Origin: Christensenellaceae bacterium
Lineage (GTDB): Bacteria; Bacillota; Clostridia; Christensenellales; Borkfalkiaceae
Assembly (NCBI GenBank): GCA_045643385.1
Contig: JAZUKR010000170.1
Coordinates: forward strand, 1 to 50,017
Length of the DNA stretch: 50,017 nt
Direction of reading: 5' to 3'
Positions 32,188 to 41,901 of the stretch are shown here, piece by piece. The position numbers were made by a program, and so were the translations under genes. The first letter of the stretch is position 1; every line of letters starts with the position of its first letter. Under the pieces are notes generated by a model. The model was not told where the DNA came from and did not search any database. It saw only the letters and a list, made by a program, of their open reading frames with translations.

Positions 32188-32595
32188 TTAATACTGAATA
32201 AATGCAAATCTAATAGCGTTGTAATGAATCTTGCCACCATAATTGCCGTATATACTAAATTGAATATCTGGAATGTAACATTCTGCCGTTACGTAATCGT
32301 CAAGTTCTGGAATATAAGCGGTAACAAGACAACTTTTTTCCACCGAATTAATGTAATTGGCACGAATATTACGCATAAGTTCTGCTATATCGTCATTTGT
32401 GAGCATAGGAACGGTTTCAAATTCAACCTTCATCAATTTGTGCGATAAGGCTTGTCTATGCAAATATCCGTCCGCATCACGGTAAGAATCCAAATCAGAC
32501 GTACTATAAAGCACGCTATAACTGTTCGCTTTAATAAATTTCTTTGTGGATATTTCGTAATTGCCGACTTTTATAAGAAAATCGCTATATGCCAT
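32188..32595 (-). CDS. Distal tail protein-like component, 135 aa (putative)
   Basis: Position immediately after the tape measure; short for a canonical Dit. Confidence 0.35.
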   Translation of the reverse strand: MAYSDFLIKVGNYEISTKKFIKANSYSVLYSTSDLDSYRDADGYLHRQALSHKLMKVEFETVPMLTNDDIAELMRNIRANYINSVEKSCLVTAYIPELDDYVTAECYIPDIQFSIYGNYGGKIHYNAIRFAFIQY

Positions 32596-32663
32596 TTCGT
32601 TTACTCCATTAAAAAAGTGGTAAGCAAATCGAAACCGAAATGCCTACCACCTATATTTGTTTG

Positions 32664-35600
32664 TTACGCAAAAGCGTTTTGACCGGTTCTCTTTTTGAAG
32701 TTGTTAGATTTCTCTTGAACCACTCTGAACAAGCGGTTTGCATCACCTTCAAGAGTTACATTCACTGAACCGTTGTTATCTGCAAGTGCAGAACTCATAG
32801 CATCGTAAATTGCAGGGTAAAGACTTTCGCTTAAACCAGAACTGTTAGCATTGTAATTGTTAGCGTTATAGGAATAATCTGTTTGCGGAACGCTTGCTAA
32901 ATCACCGGCGAATCCTTGCAATGACCTTTCCGTTTCGCTATAAAGGCTTTCCATACCAAGTTTGAAACCTTCGGTTGTATACTGACCCAAGCCAAACATT
33001 ACACGGCTAGGACTATGTATGTCTAATGCCTTTTCAATGCCAAGTTTAACAAGGTCTGCTAACTCTTGTGCGGTACTCTTAATGTCATATTTCAGACTAT
33101 TCATACCGTCTATAATACCTTGGCTAATGCAAGTACCAATAAAGATACCTTCTTTGCAAGCATCGGTAGATATACTGTCAAACGAATCAAGAATCGCATT
33201 CCCCCATTCGTTCATTACAGTAATGGAACTATCAATACCGTCACTAACACCGTTGTTAAAACCTTCTACAACATAACCGCCGTATTCGTAAAACTCTCTT
33301 GACGGTGAATGTATGCGAAGTATGTTAACGGCGGTACTTAAAACTGACAAAAACCAATTTTTTGTTTTCTTTTCGCTTTCATCTACATTATCGTCAATCG
33401 CGTTATTAAATCCTTCACCGCCCAACTTCATTACGTTGTATAACGTTCCGTAACTGTCAATTGTGCTAAACTCACGCTTAAATTCTTCTTCCCAATCTGC
33501 TTTTAATGTAGCAATATGAAACAGTTCTTGACCTTGCCCGCCATATATTTTTTCTACATCAAACAAACTGTCAACGATTTCTTGCATAGCCTGTGTTGCC
33601 ATTTCCGAACCTTCTGTTCCAAATTCTTCAAATTCAGAACCTAAAGTATCATAAAGCGGTGTAACAGTATTTGCTATCCATTCGTCCAAAGCCTTTTTTG
33701 TATAGGCATCTTCCGAAAACATATCCTGCAAGAAATCACTTCCTGCGTAAGTGTCTTTGGCTTCTTGAATGATTGAAGGTATTTGGTTTAACAACCCTTC
33801 GTCTAATGCGCCAATGTATTCTTGAAGTGCTTGTTTCTGCTTTGTAGTGGCATCAACTGTGGCTTGTTCGTTTGCATCTAATACATCGCTAACTTTTGTG
33901 CTTGCGGTATCAATGCCCAAATTTTGCATTTCTGTTTCCCAAGCCTTTAAAGTATCTTCGTATTTTGTGCTTGCTTCTTCAATTGAAGTTAAACCTTCGG
34001 TATATGCCGAAGAAACCGCTTTAATGTCCTGTTCGAACTTGTCAAGTGCTAAACCATTATCTGTAAGATAATCTTCTATATTTAATGCACCTGCAAAATC
34101 TTCCATTGCTCTTGTGCTTGTATCTAATGCCTTGGACAACCCAGAAGTATCAAGTTTTTGCGCTAAATCGTATACTGTTTGTGCAAAGGCTTCTGCATCA
34201 TTGTCTTTTTCAAACTTTGCTTTGGCTTCTGCATATTCCTTATATACGTCTGCAACAATTTCTTCGCCCTTTGCTTGAACCAAAGCGTATTGCGCAATAA
34301 GGTCGGGAATGTTTTCGCCGTTTGCAATAAGAACATCGGATAACGCACCCGAAAGACCCATAATAATAACGTCATATTCTTCTTGCATCAATGTTTTTGT
34401 CTGCGAATACAACGATTCAAATTGGGAAATTAAATCGGGAATTTTTTGTTCTGCGGTATATGCGCCTAAATTAATAGACCTTGAAATTTTATTGATTTCA
34501 GTTACCGCATTTCTTACTTCTGTCTTTAAACCTTCAAGCGGTGTTATTTTTTCGTTTAATGCAACCCATTCGCCCGAAATACTTTTTGTTGTATTGATAA
34601 ATGATGTATTTAATTCTTCAAGGCTAAATACACCGTCTTGGCAATTCTTTGTCAGATTTTCAAATGACAAAGCACTAATAGCAACCGCGTTTGCACTATC
34701 TGTCCATTTTTCGTTAAGAACTGTTGTTACCGCAACCAACGCACCCATTATACCTATCGCTAAAGTAATAGGATTCAAGAATGTGCCAAGATATGAAATA
34801 AACGGCTTTAAACCATATGCTTGTAGCACCATAAACGCTTCTTTAACGCCAACAATAGCACTACTTAACAACGGCAATGCTTTAATCATTTGCCAAGCAG
34901 AAGTAATAAGCGATTTTGCCAAAATTGCGCCAATAAAACCGCCAATAGCAACCAATACGTTTTCTGGTATTTTAAGCAAAGCCTGTGCCAAGAAATCAAT
35001 TGCGGTTGCAAGAGCATTTATTATTCCTGCAAGAACGTTTAATGCTAATTTCGTTAACGGTTCAAACACGGCAATAATACCTTTGCCTATGTTGATTGTA
35101 AACTTTGCTAATACTTTGTATAAGTTTCGCAAAGCGGATAATATTTTATCCCAATTTATCTTGTCCACAAATTCGTGGAATAATCTTACAAGTTTTGCAA
35201 ATACTTCATTGCCTAACCAACTTGCAACAGGTGCTAAAAATTCTTTCCAAAAATCTATAATTGTTTTAAATGAAATACCTGCAATTTTTTTAAGTACATC
35301 AAACAATTCTTTGACGGCTTGCCAAAATTTGCTCTTGGAAAATCTTTCTAACATTCCCCAAATATAATCGGCAATTTCTTCGGCTTTATTCTTTGCATTT
35401 GCAAACGCTCTGTCCCACACCGCTTCATAATCGGCTAAAGCATCGGCAATATCTGCGCCCAAATCAAGACCGCCCATATTAAGACCTTTGCTAGATCCGC
35501 TATCTTCTTGCGTTGTAAGTACGTTTAATTCGTCAAGACCAAGTAACTGTTGTTTGAGTTTCTTGGCACTATCTGCGGTATCTTCAAGTTCTTCACCTAA

Positions 35601-37121
35601 ATCTTCAAGGTCACCAACCCCACCGCCAATAGAACCAATATCTTCATTCAAGTCAGATAACCAACTGTTACCGTATAATTTAAAGCCAAGCAATGTAAAT
35701 AAACGCTTTAAAACGATAATAATTGCGTTTAAGTACGGTAAAACAACTTTCACGATAGGCAAAAGCAAGTTTCCTATTACTCTACCAAGGTTTGCTACCT
35801 GTTCCCTAAATACGCGATACATATTAGCGACACTGTTAATCGTCCGTGCTTGATCGCCCCACGCAATTTGGGATTGTTCTAAAATAGCAAGTAGTCTTAA
35901 CTGTGCTTTCTCTGCCTGCGACATCGTTTTGACACTCTTTTCAACGCCGTGGTTAAGTGCCGTTTGCGCAAGCGAAGCATTTGTTATATCTATACCATAG
36001 CGATAAACCGCCCTTGCTTGACCGATTAAGGCACTTTGAAGGTTGCCCATTACGGTTTCAAGGTCTGTATTTGTCAATGAAGATAAGTCAGATGCTAACA
36101 TTGACAATGCTTTTGCGGTATTAGTTGATGTATCACCAAGCATACCCATTGAGTTTGTGATACCCATAATTTGTGCTTGGAAATTCATTAATCTTTCGGG
36201 GTTAAGACCAAGACCAATACTTTCAGTATCAATCAGTTCGCCGTTATCACCCAATTTATAACCGGTCATTTTGCGGTTAAGTTCAGTTAACTTTTTTCTA
36301 AAAGTATCTGTATAGGTTTCGGCATCGTTTTCGCCCATTTCGCCATAGGCTTTTGCGGTTGTTCTGCCTAATTTATCCAAAGCAACGGCAAAGTAGTTGT
36401 ATGTTTCTACATAGTCCATTGCGCTTTCAGTAGCAGACCACAATTTCTTAATTCCACGCATAACCAAGAAAAACTTTGCGTAGAAAAGACCTATTTTTGA
36501 CGTAAGATTCGTAAATGTCTTAACCGATTTCGTGGATTGCTTTTGCAGGTTTTCCAAAGATTTACCTGCTTGCAATGTTTGTTTAGGCACACCACGAAGG
36601 GAACTAACAAAGTTAGTTAAAGCATTTGTGAGTGCAATAACGTTTCTTTTTACATTTGGAACTTGTGACAACTGTGTAAACAAGTCTGATAAAGCGGTTG
36701 CCAATCTCGGCATATTGTTTATCGCTTGGTCTACCATTTTGCTACCAAGAACCTTAATTGAACTACCTAAATCCGCTATGCTTTGAGCCGATTGCGGTGC
36801 AACTGTACCAATTCTGCCAAAGGCACTACTCATAGCAGAAAGACCATTTGCGGATTGCATTAAATCTGCGCCTTTAATAGCGGATAATTTATTTACATTA
36901 TTAGCAATGGTAGTAAATTTTCTACCGTCAATGTTAGAAAGACCTACTAAAGCATTAGAAAGGTTCTGTAAGCCTTGTGACAATGTGTTAAGGCTACCAC
37001 CATTAATTCTACCTAATGCGTTTTCCATTCTTTCAAGAGAAGAAACAAAAGCGTCAAGACTAGCAGATGCTTGCGTTGCATCAGATACAATTTTTATCTC
37101 TAAACTATCAATGTCTGCCAT
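32664..37121 (-). CDS. Tape measure protein, 1485 aa
   Basis: Very long, helical, Ala/Leu/Gly-rich with central hydrophobic segments. AAGGAG SD. Follows the G/GT chaperone pair. Confidence 0.9.
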   Translation of the reverse strand: MADIDSLEIKIVSDATQASASLDAFVSSLERMENALGRINGGSLNTLSQGLQNLSNALVGLSNIDGRKFTTIANNVNKLSAIKGADLMQSANGLSAMSSAFGRIGTVAPQSAQSIADLGSSIKVLGSKMVDQAINNMPRLATALSDLFTQLSQVPNVKRNVIALTNALTNFVSSLRGVPKQTLQAGKSLENLQKQSTKSVKTFTNLTSKIGLFYAKFFLVMRGIKKLWSATESAMDYVETYNYFAVALDKLGRTTAKAYGEMGENDAETYTDTFRKKLTELNRKMTGYKLGDNGELIDTESIGLGLNPERLMNFQAQIMGITNSMGMLGDTSTNTAKALSMLASDLSSLTNTDLETVMGNLQSALIGQARAVYRYGIDITNASLAQTALNHGVEKSVKTMSQAEKAQLRLLAILEQSQIAWGDQARTINSVANMYRVFREQVANLGRVIGNLLLPIVKVVLPYLNAIIIVLKRLFTLLGFKLYGNSWLSDLNEDIGSIGGGVGDLEDLGEELEDTADSAKKLKQQLLGLDELNVLTTQEDSGSSKGLNMGGLDLGADIADALADYEAVWDRAFANAKNKAEEIADYIWGMLERFSKSKFWQAVKELFDVLKKIAGISFKTIIDFWKEFLAPVASWLGNEVFAKLVRLFHEFVDKINWDKILSALRNLYKVLAKFTINIGKGIIAVFEPLTKLALNVLAGIINALATAIDFLAQALLKIPENVLVAIGGFIGAILAKSLITSAWQMIKALPLLSSAIVGVKEAFMVLQAYGLKPFISYLGTFLNPITLAIGIMGALVAVTTVLNEKWTDSANAVAISALSFENLTKNCQDGVFSLEELNTSFINTTKSISGEWVALNEKITPLEGLKTEVRNAVTEINKISRSINLGAYTAEQKIPDLISQFESLYSQTKTLMQEEYDVIIMGLSGALSDVLIANGENIPDLIAQYALVQAKGEEIVADVYKEYAEAKAKFEKDNDAEAFAQTVYDLAQKLDTSGLSKALDTSTRAMEDFAGALNIEDYLTDNGLALDKFEQDIKAVSSAYTEGLTSIEEASTKYEDTLKAWETEMQNLGIDTASTKVSDVLDANEQATVDATTKQKQALQEYIGALDEGLLNQIPSIIQEAKDTYAGSDFLQDMFSEDAYTKKALDEWIANTVTPLYDTLGSEFEEFGTEGSEMATQAMQEIVDSLFDVEKIYGGQGQELFHIATLKADWEEEFKREFSTIDSYGTLYNVMKLGGEGFNNAIDDNVDESEKKTKNWFLSVLSTAVNILRIHSPSREFYEYGGYVVEGFNNGVSDGIDSSITVMNEWGNAILDSFDSISTDACKEGIFIGTCISQGIIDGMNSLKYDIKSTAQELADLVKLGIEKALDIHSPSRVMFGLGQYTTEGFKLGMESLYSETERSLQGFAGDLASVPQTDYSYNANNYNANSSGLSESLYPAIYDAMSSALADNNGSVNVTLEGDANRLFRVVQEKSNNFKKRTGQNAFA

Positions 37122-37149
37122 TTATACTCCTTAATAAGAAAAAAAGCAC

Positions 37150-37889
37150 CTATCGTGCTTTGATAGATGCTTGTAATTCTTCTTCTTTCTTCTTTTTGTC
37201 AAACCTTTGTTTCATTCCTTGCAGGTTATCAAAAAGAGCCTTGACTTCTAAATCCTTTTCTTCTTGCGTTAACTCTCGGTTTATACCAAATATATTGTAC
37301 GGTTCTTTAGGATATTCATAGGCTTGTTGCCCTTTACCCTTGAACGCATTACCGATTGTCGAAGCAATAGCATCACGCATATAGACACCTTGCAAGTGCA
37401 TAAGCATATTTTGCTCGTCCATAGTCTTGCGGTGCGCTTCTATATGCAGATTAACAATATGCGGTGTCATACACCAAAAATCGTTATATGCAATTCCAAT
37501 AGATAACGCTTGTAACAACCACGTTTGTTCTATCTGATCCTTTAACGATTTATATTCTACTTTTACTGTTCTGCTTTCTTCTTGCTCTTTGAAGTTTCCT
37601 TCTCTGGAATCTGTGAGATCGCGCGAAAAAAATCAGATTCTTCAAGTTCCGCGCTCATAACTGTCAAAATATCATCAAGTTTGCCACCGTTCATAAGGTG
37701 ACCTTCAACTTCTTTACCTGCACTTTCAAGATCTGTGCCTGCGCATAAAGCAACGTAGTTACGAATAAAAGATAAAGGCTTGTTCTTGATGTCTGCAAGG
37801 GTAATTCCACCTGCTTCAAGTTCACATACTACGTTAAAATCAAATGCTCTTGCTTTAAGAAGTTGTCCGTTTACTGTTAATGTTCTCAT
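37150..37889 (-). CDS. Tail assembly chaperone GT-like -1 frameshift fusion, about 246 aa
   Basis: I translated the -1 frame by hand. It is open from the slip site (37626-37632) into the 37150-37518 ORF with no stop. Confidence 0.65.
37563..37889 (-). CDS. Tail assembly chaperone G-like, 108 aa
   Basis: Located between the major tail protein and the tape measure. Contains the slippery heptamer near its 3' end. Confidence 0.75.
   Translation of the reverse strand: MRTLTVNGQLLKARAFDFNVVCELEAGGITLADIKNKPLSFIRNYVALCAGTDLESAGKEVEGHLMNGGKLDDILTVMSAELEESDFFRAISQIPEKETSKSKKKAEQ
37626..37632 (-). promoter_or_regulatory. Programmed -1 ribosomal frameshift site T_TTT_TTT
   Basis: The zero frame reads GAT TTT TTT CGC (D F F R), so the heptamer is X_XXY_YYZ in phase. 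Confidence 0.65.
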
Positions 37890-37934
37890 ACTAATTTTCC
37901 CTTTCCGTTTTCGCCTGTTTTATGGGTAGGAAAG

Positions 37935-37956
37935 GGGGCGGTTGTTACACCGCCCC
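37935..37956 (-). terminator. GC-rich stem-loop after the major tail gene (partial terminator or stabiliser)
   Basis: GGGGCGGT-gtaaca-ACCGCCCC followed by CTTTCC. Confidence 0.45.
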
Positions 37957-37991
37957 ACTTATTAACCCATTGAATCTAATTAAGTTGCCGA

Positions 37992-38465
37992 TTATGAGAA
38001 TAATACGGCGGTGTCCATACCCTTGTAGTCATTAACTGTTAAAGTCATTTCTACTGTCCAAAGTTCATTTTGGTTAGTTTCGGGCATAGGAATGTGTAAG
38101 GGGGGTTCTGCAACTACGAAGAACGCATCGCCACCAAGTGAAGGTGAATATACTTCAAACCAAACCGCCTTACCGTTGTCCTTTGCGGTTGTGTATGCGC
38201 CAATAAGTGCTTCCCATTCTGCAATAGTGTCCTGTGTTAAGTTAACAGTAACCGCCATTGTGGAATCTGCGTTACCACGTCCTGCAACTGACTTTGTGGT
38301 TTCATCTTCCAATGCAGAAGCATCGATTGTTTCTGTGGAAATTGTGATACCACCGATAGAGTTAATTCTTGTAAGTTGCTTGAATGTGCTAGGCTTGTCA
38401 CCTGCGGTTGTTTCGATACCGTAGCCAAACTTAACACCAAGTGTTGAAATACCTGCTAAAGCCAT
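37992..38465 (-). CDS. Major tail protein, 157 aa
   Basis: Position upstream of the chaperones. Sequence pattern TLGVKFGYGIETTAG...IDASALED typical of small siphovirus major tail proteins. Confidence 0.7.
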   Translation of the reverse strand: MALAGISTLGVKFGYGIETTAGDKPSTFKQLTRINSIGGITISTETIDASALEDETTKSVAGRGNADSTMAVTVNLTQDTIAEWEALIGAYTTAKDNGKAVWFEVYSPSLGGDAFFVVAEPPLHIPMPETNQNELWTVEMTLTVNDYKGMDTAVLFS

Positions 38466-38558
38466 TTCGTTAATCTCCTTTCAGATTTTTGCGCAAAAAA
38501 ATAAAAGGACTATCGCCCTTTCATTTGCATCGTTAATATATATAAACTTCTATGAAGT

Positions 38559-38957
38559 CTATAACGTATCACCAGAACCGATTACTCGGCTAAATCTTGC
38601 TATTCTGATGTAAACGGAACTTGAATTATCATTAACAGGCATCATTGTAACTTGGTACAACATACCTTTCATTCCGTCTACAAGTCTATCCATAACATAT
38701 TTTGTATTCTGCGGACTTGCGTTATCGGTAACCATAATTTGAATAGTTGAATCAACCGCACAAATCGCATCACCTTCTAAACAACCGCCTGTTTCACGGC
38801 TACCCAATTCGTGAATATACACGTTAGGAAAAGTCGCTTCTTTTGCGTTCCTATCAGAAGTAGTAAATGCTATGTTAGGATATTTATTTTTTAATTGATT
38901 TTGATATTTATTCTTTAATCTTGAATAAACAATGTTTTCAATATCAAGCATTTCCAA
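38559..38957 (-). CDS. Tail completion / tail terminator-like protein, 132 aa
   Basis: Assigned from gene order only. Confidence 0.4.
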   Translation of the reverse strand: MEMLDIENIVYSRLKNKYQNQLKNKYPNIAFTTSDRNAKEATFPNVYIHELGSRETGGCLEGDAICAVDSTIQIMVTDNASPQNTKYVMDRLVDGMKGMLYQVTMMPVNDNSSSVYIRIARFSRVIGSGDTL

Positions 38958-39468
38958 ATATTTCCTTTGCTATTGTTTGAACTTGGTTTGCTAAATCGCG
39001 TGCGGTTTCATACATAAATGGTCTGCTTGGCATACCTGCCGTCCAACGTACACGGTCTTGTTTTCTGTCATAATACCACCAACCGCTTTCGCTATTATTT
39101 TTGCCACCTGCTTGGTAACTAAAATCGCCTGCTTTGGGGTGTTCTGCGCTATTTGCCCCAACATATCCTGTTCCAAACTCAACATAAGGGGCATAAGGAC
39201 AATCTGTATATACATACCAAGTGTTTACCCCTTTAATCATATCGCCTTGTTTTATATCCAAACTTGCAAGCAAATCGCCTGTTTCGTAAGCGGGTTTTGC
39301 ACCGATTGTAATAACTAATTCTTGTGCTTTTGCAAGACCGATAGTTGCCAACGCTTGAGTAAAGGCTTGGTTTTTAAGTTCAAGCATTTGCTTATATTTA
39401 ATTAGTTCTTTTTTAGCCTGTTCAATACTTGATTTTGAAAGACCATTAAATGTTATTGTTTTTGCCAT
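38944..39468 (-). CDS. HK97 gp10-like head-tail joining protein, 174 aa
   Basis: Gene order, plus the pattern VYTDCPYAPYVEFGTG typical of the gp10 family. Confidence 0.5.
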   Translation of the reverse strand: MAKTITFNGLSKSSIEQAKKELIKYKQMLELKNQAFTQALATIGLAKAQELVITIGAKPAYETGDLLASLDIKQGDMIKGVNTWYVYTDCPYAPYVEFGTGYVGANSAEHPKAGDFSYQAGGKNNSESGWWYYDRKQDRVRWTAGMPSRPFMYETARDLANQVQTIAKEIFGNA

Positions 39469-39554
39469 TTAAGCACCGTTTTTAGCCTTATATGAATAAA
39501 ATAACAATAGATATGTTAAATGCTCTGTATAAGGCTATCTGCTAGGTCAAAAGG

Positions 39555-39992
39555 CTATTTAACAAGTTTGCCAAGCAATGCCCTTGTCAAATTAAGGCTA
39601 TTCTTGATTTGCATTACCTTATAATCTGCACTTTTGGGGTCTAATCTACCGTTATCATATGCAGGTTCGTTCTCATACCAAATCAAAGAAGTTTCGGTAA
39701 TAGGAAATTCGCCTTTGACGTAAACAAGAATGGCATCATAACTAGCATCGTTTATACCAAATTCCTTTTGTTGCACTTCGCCACCGCTAAATGCAATGTT
39801 TGCTTTACAAGTAATGGGTTTGGAATAAATCAGTTCCGTTTCGCCTTCTTGTCGGTAATAGGTAATTCCGGTTTCTTCGTCAACATAATCGACAACCTTA
39901 TTACCGTTTTCGTCTAAAACGAATTTTGTTTCTTCGCCTATTAACAAAGAGTATTTAAATGTCTGCTTATTCGCTCTTGCTAATCTCACCAT
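39555..39992 (-). CDS. Head-tail adaptor / head-closure-like protein, 145 aa
   Basis: AGGTG SD 6 nt before the ATG at 39992; gene order. Confidence 0.4.
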   Translation of the reverse strand: MVRLARANKQTFKYSLLIGEETKFVLDENGNKVVDYVDEETGITYYRQEGETELIYSKPITCKANIAFSGGEVQQKEFGINDASYDAILVYVKGEFPITETSLIWYENEPAYDNGRLDPKSADYKVMQIKNSLNLTRALLGKLVK

Positions 39993-40293
39993 TTTTAGCA
40001 CCTATTTGTTGAATAGTTTGAATAACTTTATCATACCCAATCATTGAACCGACCCAATTGGCAAGAACCATACATATAATGCCAATAATGTTAACTGTGT
40101 TAAACTCAATGCCGGCAACAAGATAAAAACCAATAGTGCCAAGACCACCAACTACAAAAGCCATTATCAATGCAACAATGTTAGGCTTTACGGTCTTACC
40201 AATGTTTTCTACAAACTTTTTAATTGCTTCTGTAAGCAGACTAGCGATTGCGCTACCGCCAACCAAAAGCATAAGCATTAAACCGATTGTCAT
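39967..40293 (-). CDS. Holin-like three-TM protein, 108 aa (Hol118-like layout)
   Basis: Three TM segments and a charged C-terminal tail. The AIKKF...P.IVALIMAFVVGGLG segment resembles that of the Listeria phage A118 holin. Confidence 0.5.
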   Translation of the reverse strand: MTIGLMLMLLVGGSAIASLLTEAIKKFVENIGKTVKPNIVALIMAFVVGGLGTIGFYLVAGIEFNTVNIIGIICMVLANWVGSMIGYDKVIQTIQQIGAKNGEISKSE

Positions 40294-40610
40294 AACAAAT
40301 CCCTTTCGTCAAAACCTGCTTCAAAATCTTTTAGCCTTTGCCGTTTTTCTTCTCTAGTTTCAAAAAACGATTTGCAAAAATAGCCAAGAACGGTTGCTAA
40401 TAATTGAGTTACTATAACTATTGTCAATTCAATAATTGCAACCCAAGCATTAGCATTGTTCCTTTGAACCAAGTCCATAATAATTGAAATGTACGCTAAT
40501 ATATAAGCCAACTGAATATCAACTTCGGCAAGTGTCAAGATAATGTCCAACCACTTTTTTGTGAATGTTTTCTTTGTTTCTTTTTTCTTGCTTTTACTTT
40601 TGATTATCAT
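40290..40610 (-). CDS. Two-TM membrane protein with Lys-rich N-terminus, 106 aa
   Basis: ATGA overlap with the holin-like gene. Confidence 0.6.
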   Translation of the reverse strand: MIIKSKSKKKETKKTFTKKWLDIILTLAEVDIQLAYILAYISIIMDLVQRNNANAWVAIIELTIVIVTQLLATVLGYFCKSFFETREEKRQRLKDFEAGFDERDLL

Positions 40611-41037
40611 TTATCTTATCTATGCGCTTTTCTAAATCTTCTAGTCTATGTTCTGAAACCTTCTCACGGTTCTTAAGCACTTCAATATCCTTTTCAACAA
40701 TGAATGTTCTTGTGATTACATCATTGTGTTTGTTCTGTGCTTTTTCTAAAGCATCAATTTTCAACGAAATAACTGTAATCGTGTTTTTGTATGATGCTTG
40801 AAGTTCTGCGAACATATCTTTCAGTTCGCCAAAATCGCCACGTAACATTTGAATGTCAGAAGTATGCTTTTTGTCGCTTTCTGCAATTTCATCGTGGACT
40901 TCTTTTTGCTTATCTGCATTAATTTCTTCGGTTTGTCTTTTGTCTGTATGCCTTTGAGTAATAACTACCGTTGCAATACCACCAACAAACGCAAAAAATG
41001 CAATAAGTACGTCTGCTATTATTTTTGCTATTTCCAA
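40594..41037 (-). CDS. N-terminal TM + coiled-coil protein, 147 aa
   Basis: GGAAGGG SD 7 nt before a TTG start. TM segment IADVLIAFFAFVGGIATVVI, then heptad-rich sequence. Confidence 0.55.
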   Translation of the reverse strand: MEIAKIIADVLIAFFAFVGGIATVVITQRHTDKRQTEEINADKQKEVHDEIAESDKKHTSDIQMLRGDFGELKDMFAELQASYKNTITVISLKIDALEKAQNKHNDVITRTFIVEKDIEVLKNREKVSEHRLEDLEKRIDKINDNQK

Positions 41038-41124
41038 AACTTAACCCTTCCAAACGTGAATAAAAAGTAAGCAACCCACCACCGTAACGCTTACCGCCCT
41101 GCGATTTTACTCACGCACAATCTT

Positions 41125-41490
41125 CTAAATGATTTTTACAAAAGGAACAACTTTTCCTAATATCGCTTCACGCTTATTAAAGGTTCTAAAGACACCGTTT
41201 TCAGAATGATTGTTTTCGTAGTCCATACCTTCAATTGAATAGTCATAAAGAACTAAATCAATCAAAATGTTTCTATAACGTTTATCAATATCTTCGTCTA
41301 TCATTTCGATAGTGTAAGTGTCTGGATAATGACGGTAATCAATAATGTCTAATCTTGCTTTGTCGATTAACTGTTCAAGGATCGGATTTTCTTCCTTTTG
41401 GTTGAAAACTATTTTTTGTTCACCGCCAACTTCTAACGTATCAAATTGTCGCAATCTAATCTTAATCGTTTCAAGCAATGTGTAAGACAT
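41125..41490 (-). CDS. Head-tail connector (gp6-like) protein, 121 aa
   Basis: AGGAG SD 8 nt before the ATG at 41490; gene order. Confidence 0.5.
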   Translation of the reverse strand: MSYTLLETIKIRLRQFDTLEVGGEQKIVFNQKEENPILEQLIDKARLDIIDYRHYPDTYTIEMIDEDIDKRYRNILIDLVLYDYSIEGMDYENNHSENGVFRTFNKREAILGKVVPFVKII

Positions 41491-41501
41491 TGTAATCACT
41501 C

Positions 41502-41792
41502 CTATAAACCGAACTTCTTAATAATCGCTTCTTTAATGTCCGCACCGGACATTGTATCGTCAATATCGTTAGCCTTTGCAATCTTCTTAAGTTCCGCAAT
41601 CGGCATACGCTTAATTTCTGTCTTTGTGTATTCAAAGGTAGGTTCTTCAATAGTGGGTTCTTCTACCTTTTCTTCAACAGTATCTATAACCGTTTCTTCC
41701 TGCTTAACAGGTGCGGTTTCTTCTTCAATCGGCACGTCTGCGCCAATGGGGTAGTCAATACCATTGTGTGTTACAAGATAAGGAAATTTCAT
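41502..41792 (-). CDS. Small head-associated protein with Rho-N/SAP-like C-terminal motif, 96 aa
   Basis: C-terminal IAELKKIAKANDIDDTMSGADIKEAIIKKFGL. Acidic, Glu-rich centre. Confidence 0.5.
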   Translation of the reverse strand: MKFPYLVTHNGIDYPIGADVPIEEETAPVKQEETVIDTVEEKVEEPTIEEPTFEYTKTEIKRMPIAELKKIAKANDIDDTMSGADIKEAIIKKFGL

Positions 41793-41830
41793 AATAAACA
41801 CCTTCGCCTTTTTGTGTTATTCGCCTATTT

Positions 41831-41886
41831 AGCGGTAAGAAGGGGCAGGCGAAAACCCTTTTCGCAATACTTGCTATCTTACCGCT
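41831..41886 (-). other. Nested stem-loop immediately after the major capsid gene
   Basis: The outer 10-bp stem AGCGGTAAGA/TCTTACCGCT encloses the inner 7-bp hairpin GCGAAAA-ggg-TTTTCGC. No T-run follows. Confidence 0.6.
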
Positions 41887-41901
41887 TCACATTTCAGTTA
41901 A

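Noticed and set aside
34309-35367. 352-aa plus-strand ORF, and several other 70-120-aa plus-strand ORFs between 33.0 and 37.3 kb
   Set aside because: They lie antisense to the tape measure gene, have low-complexity Ser/Ile/Phe-rich translations and lack ribosome-binding sites. Long antisense ORFs are expected opposite a gene poor in the codons whose complements are stop codons (TTA, CTA, TCA).
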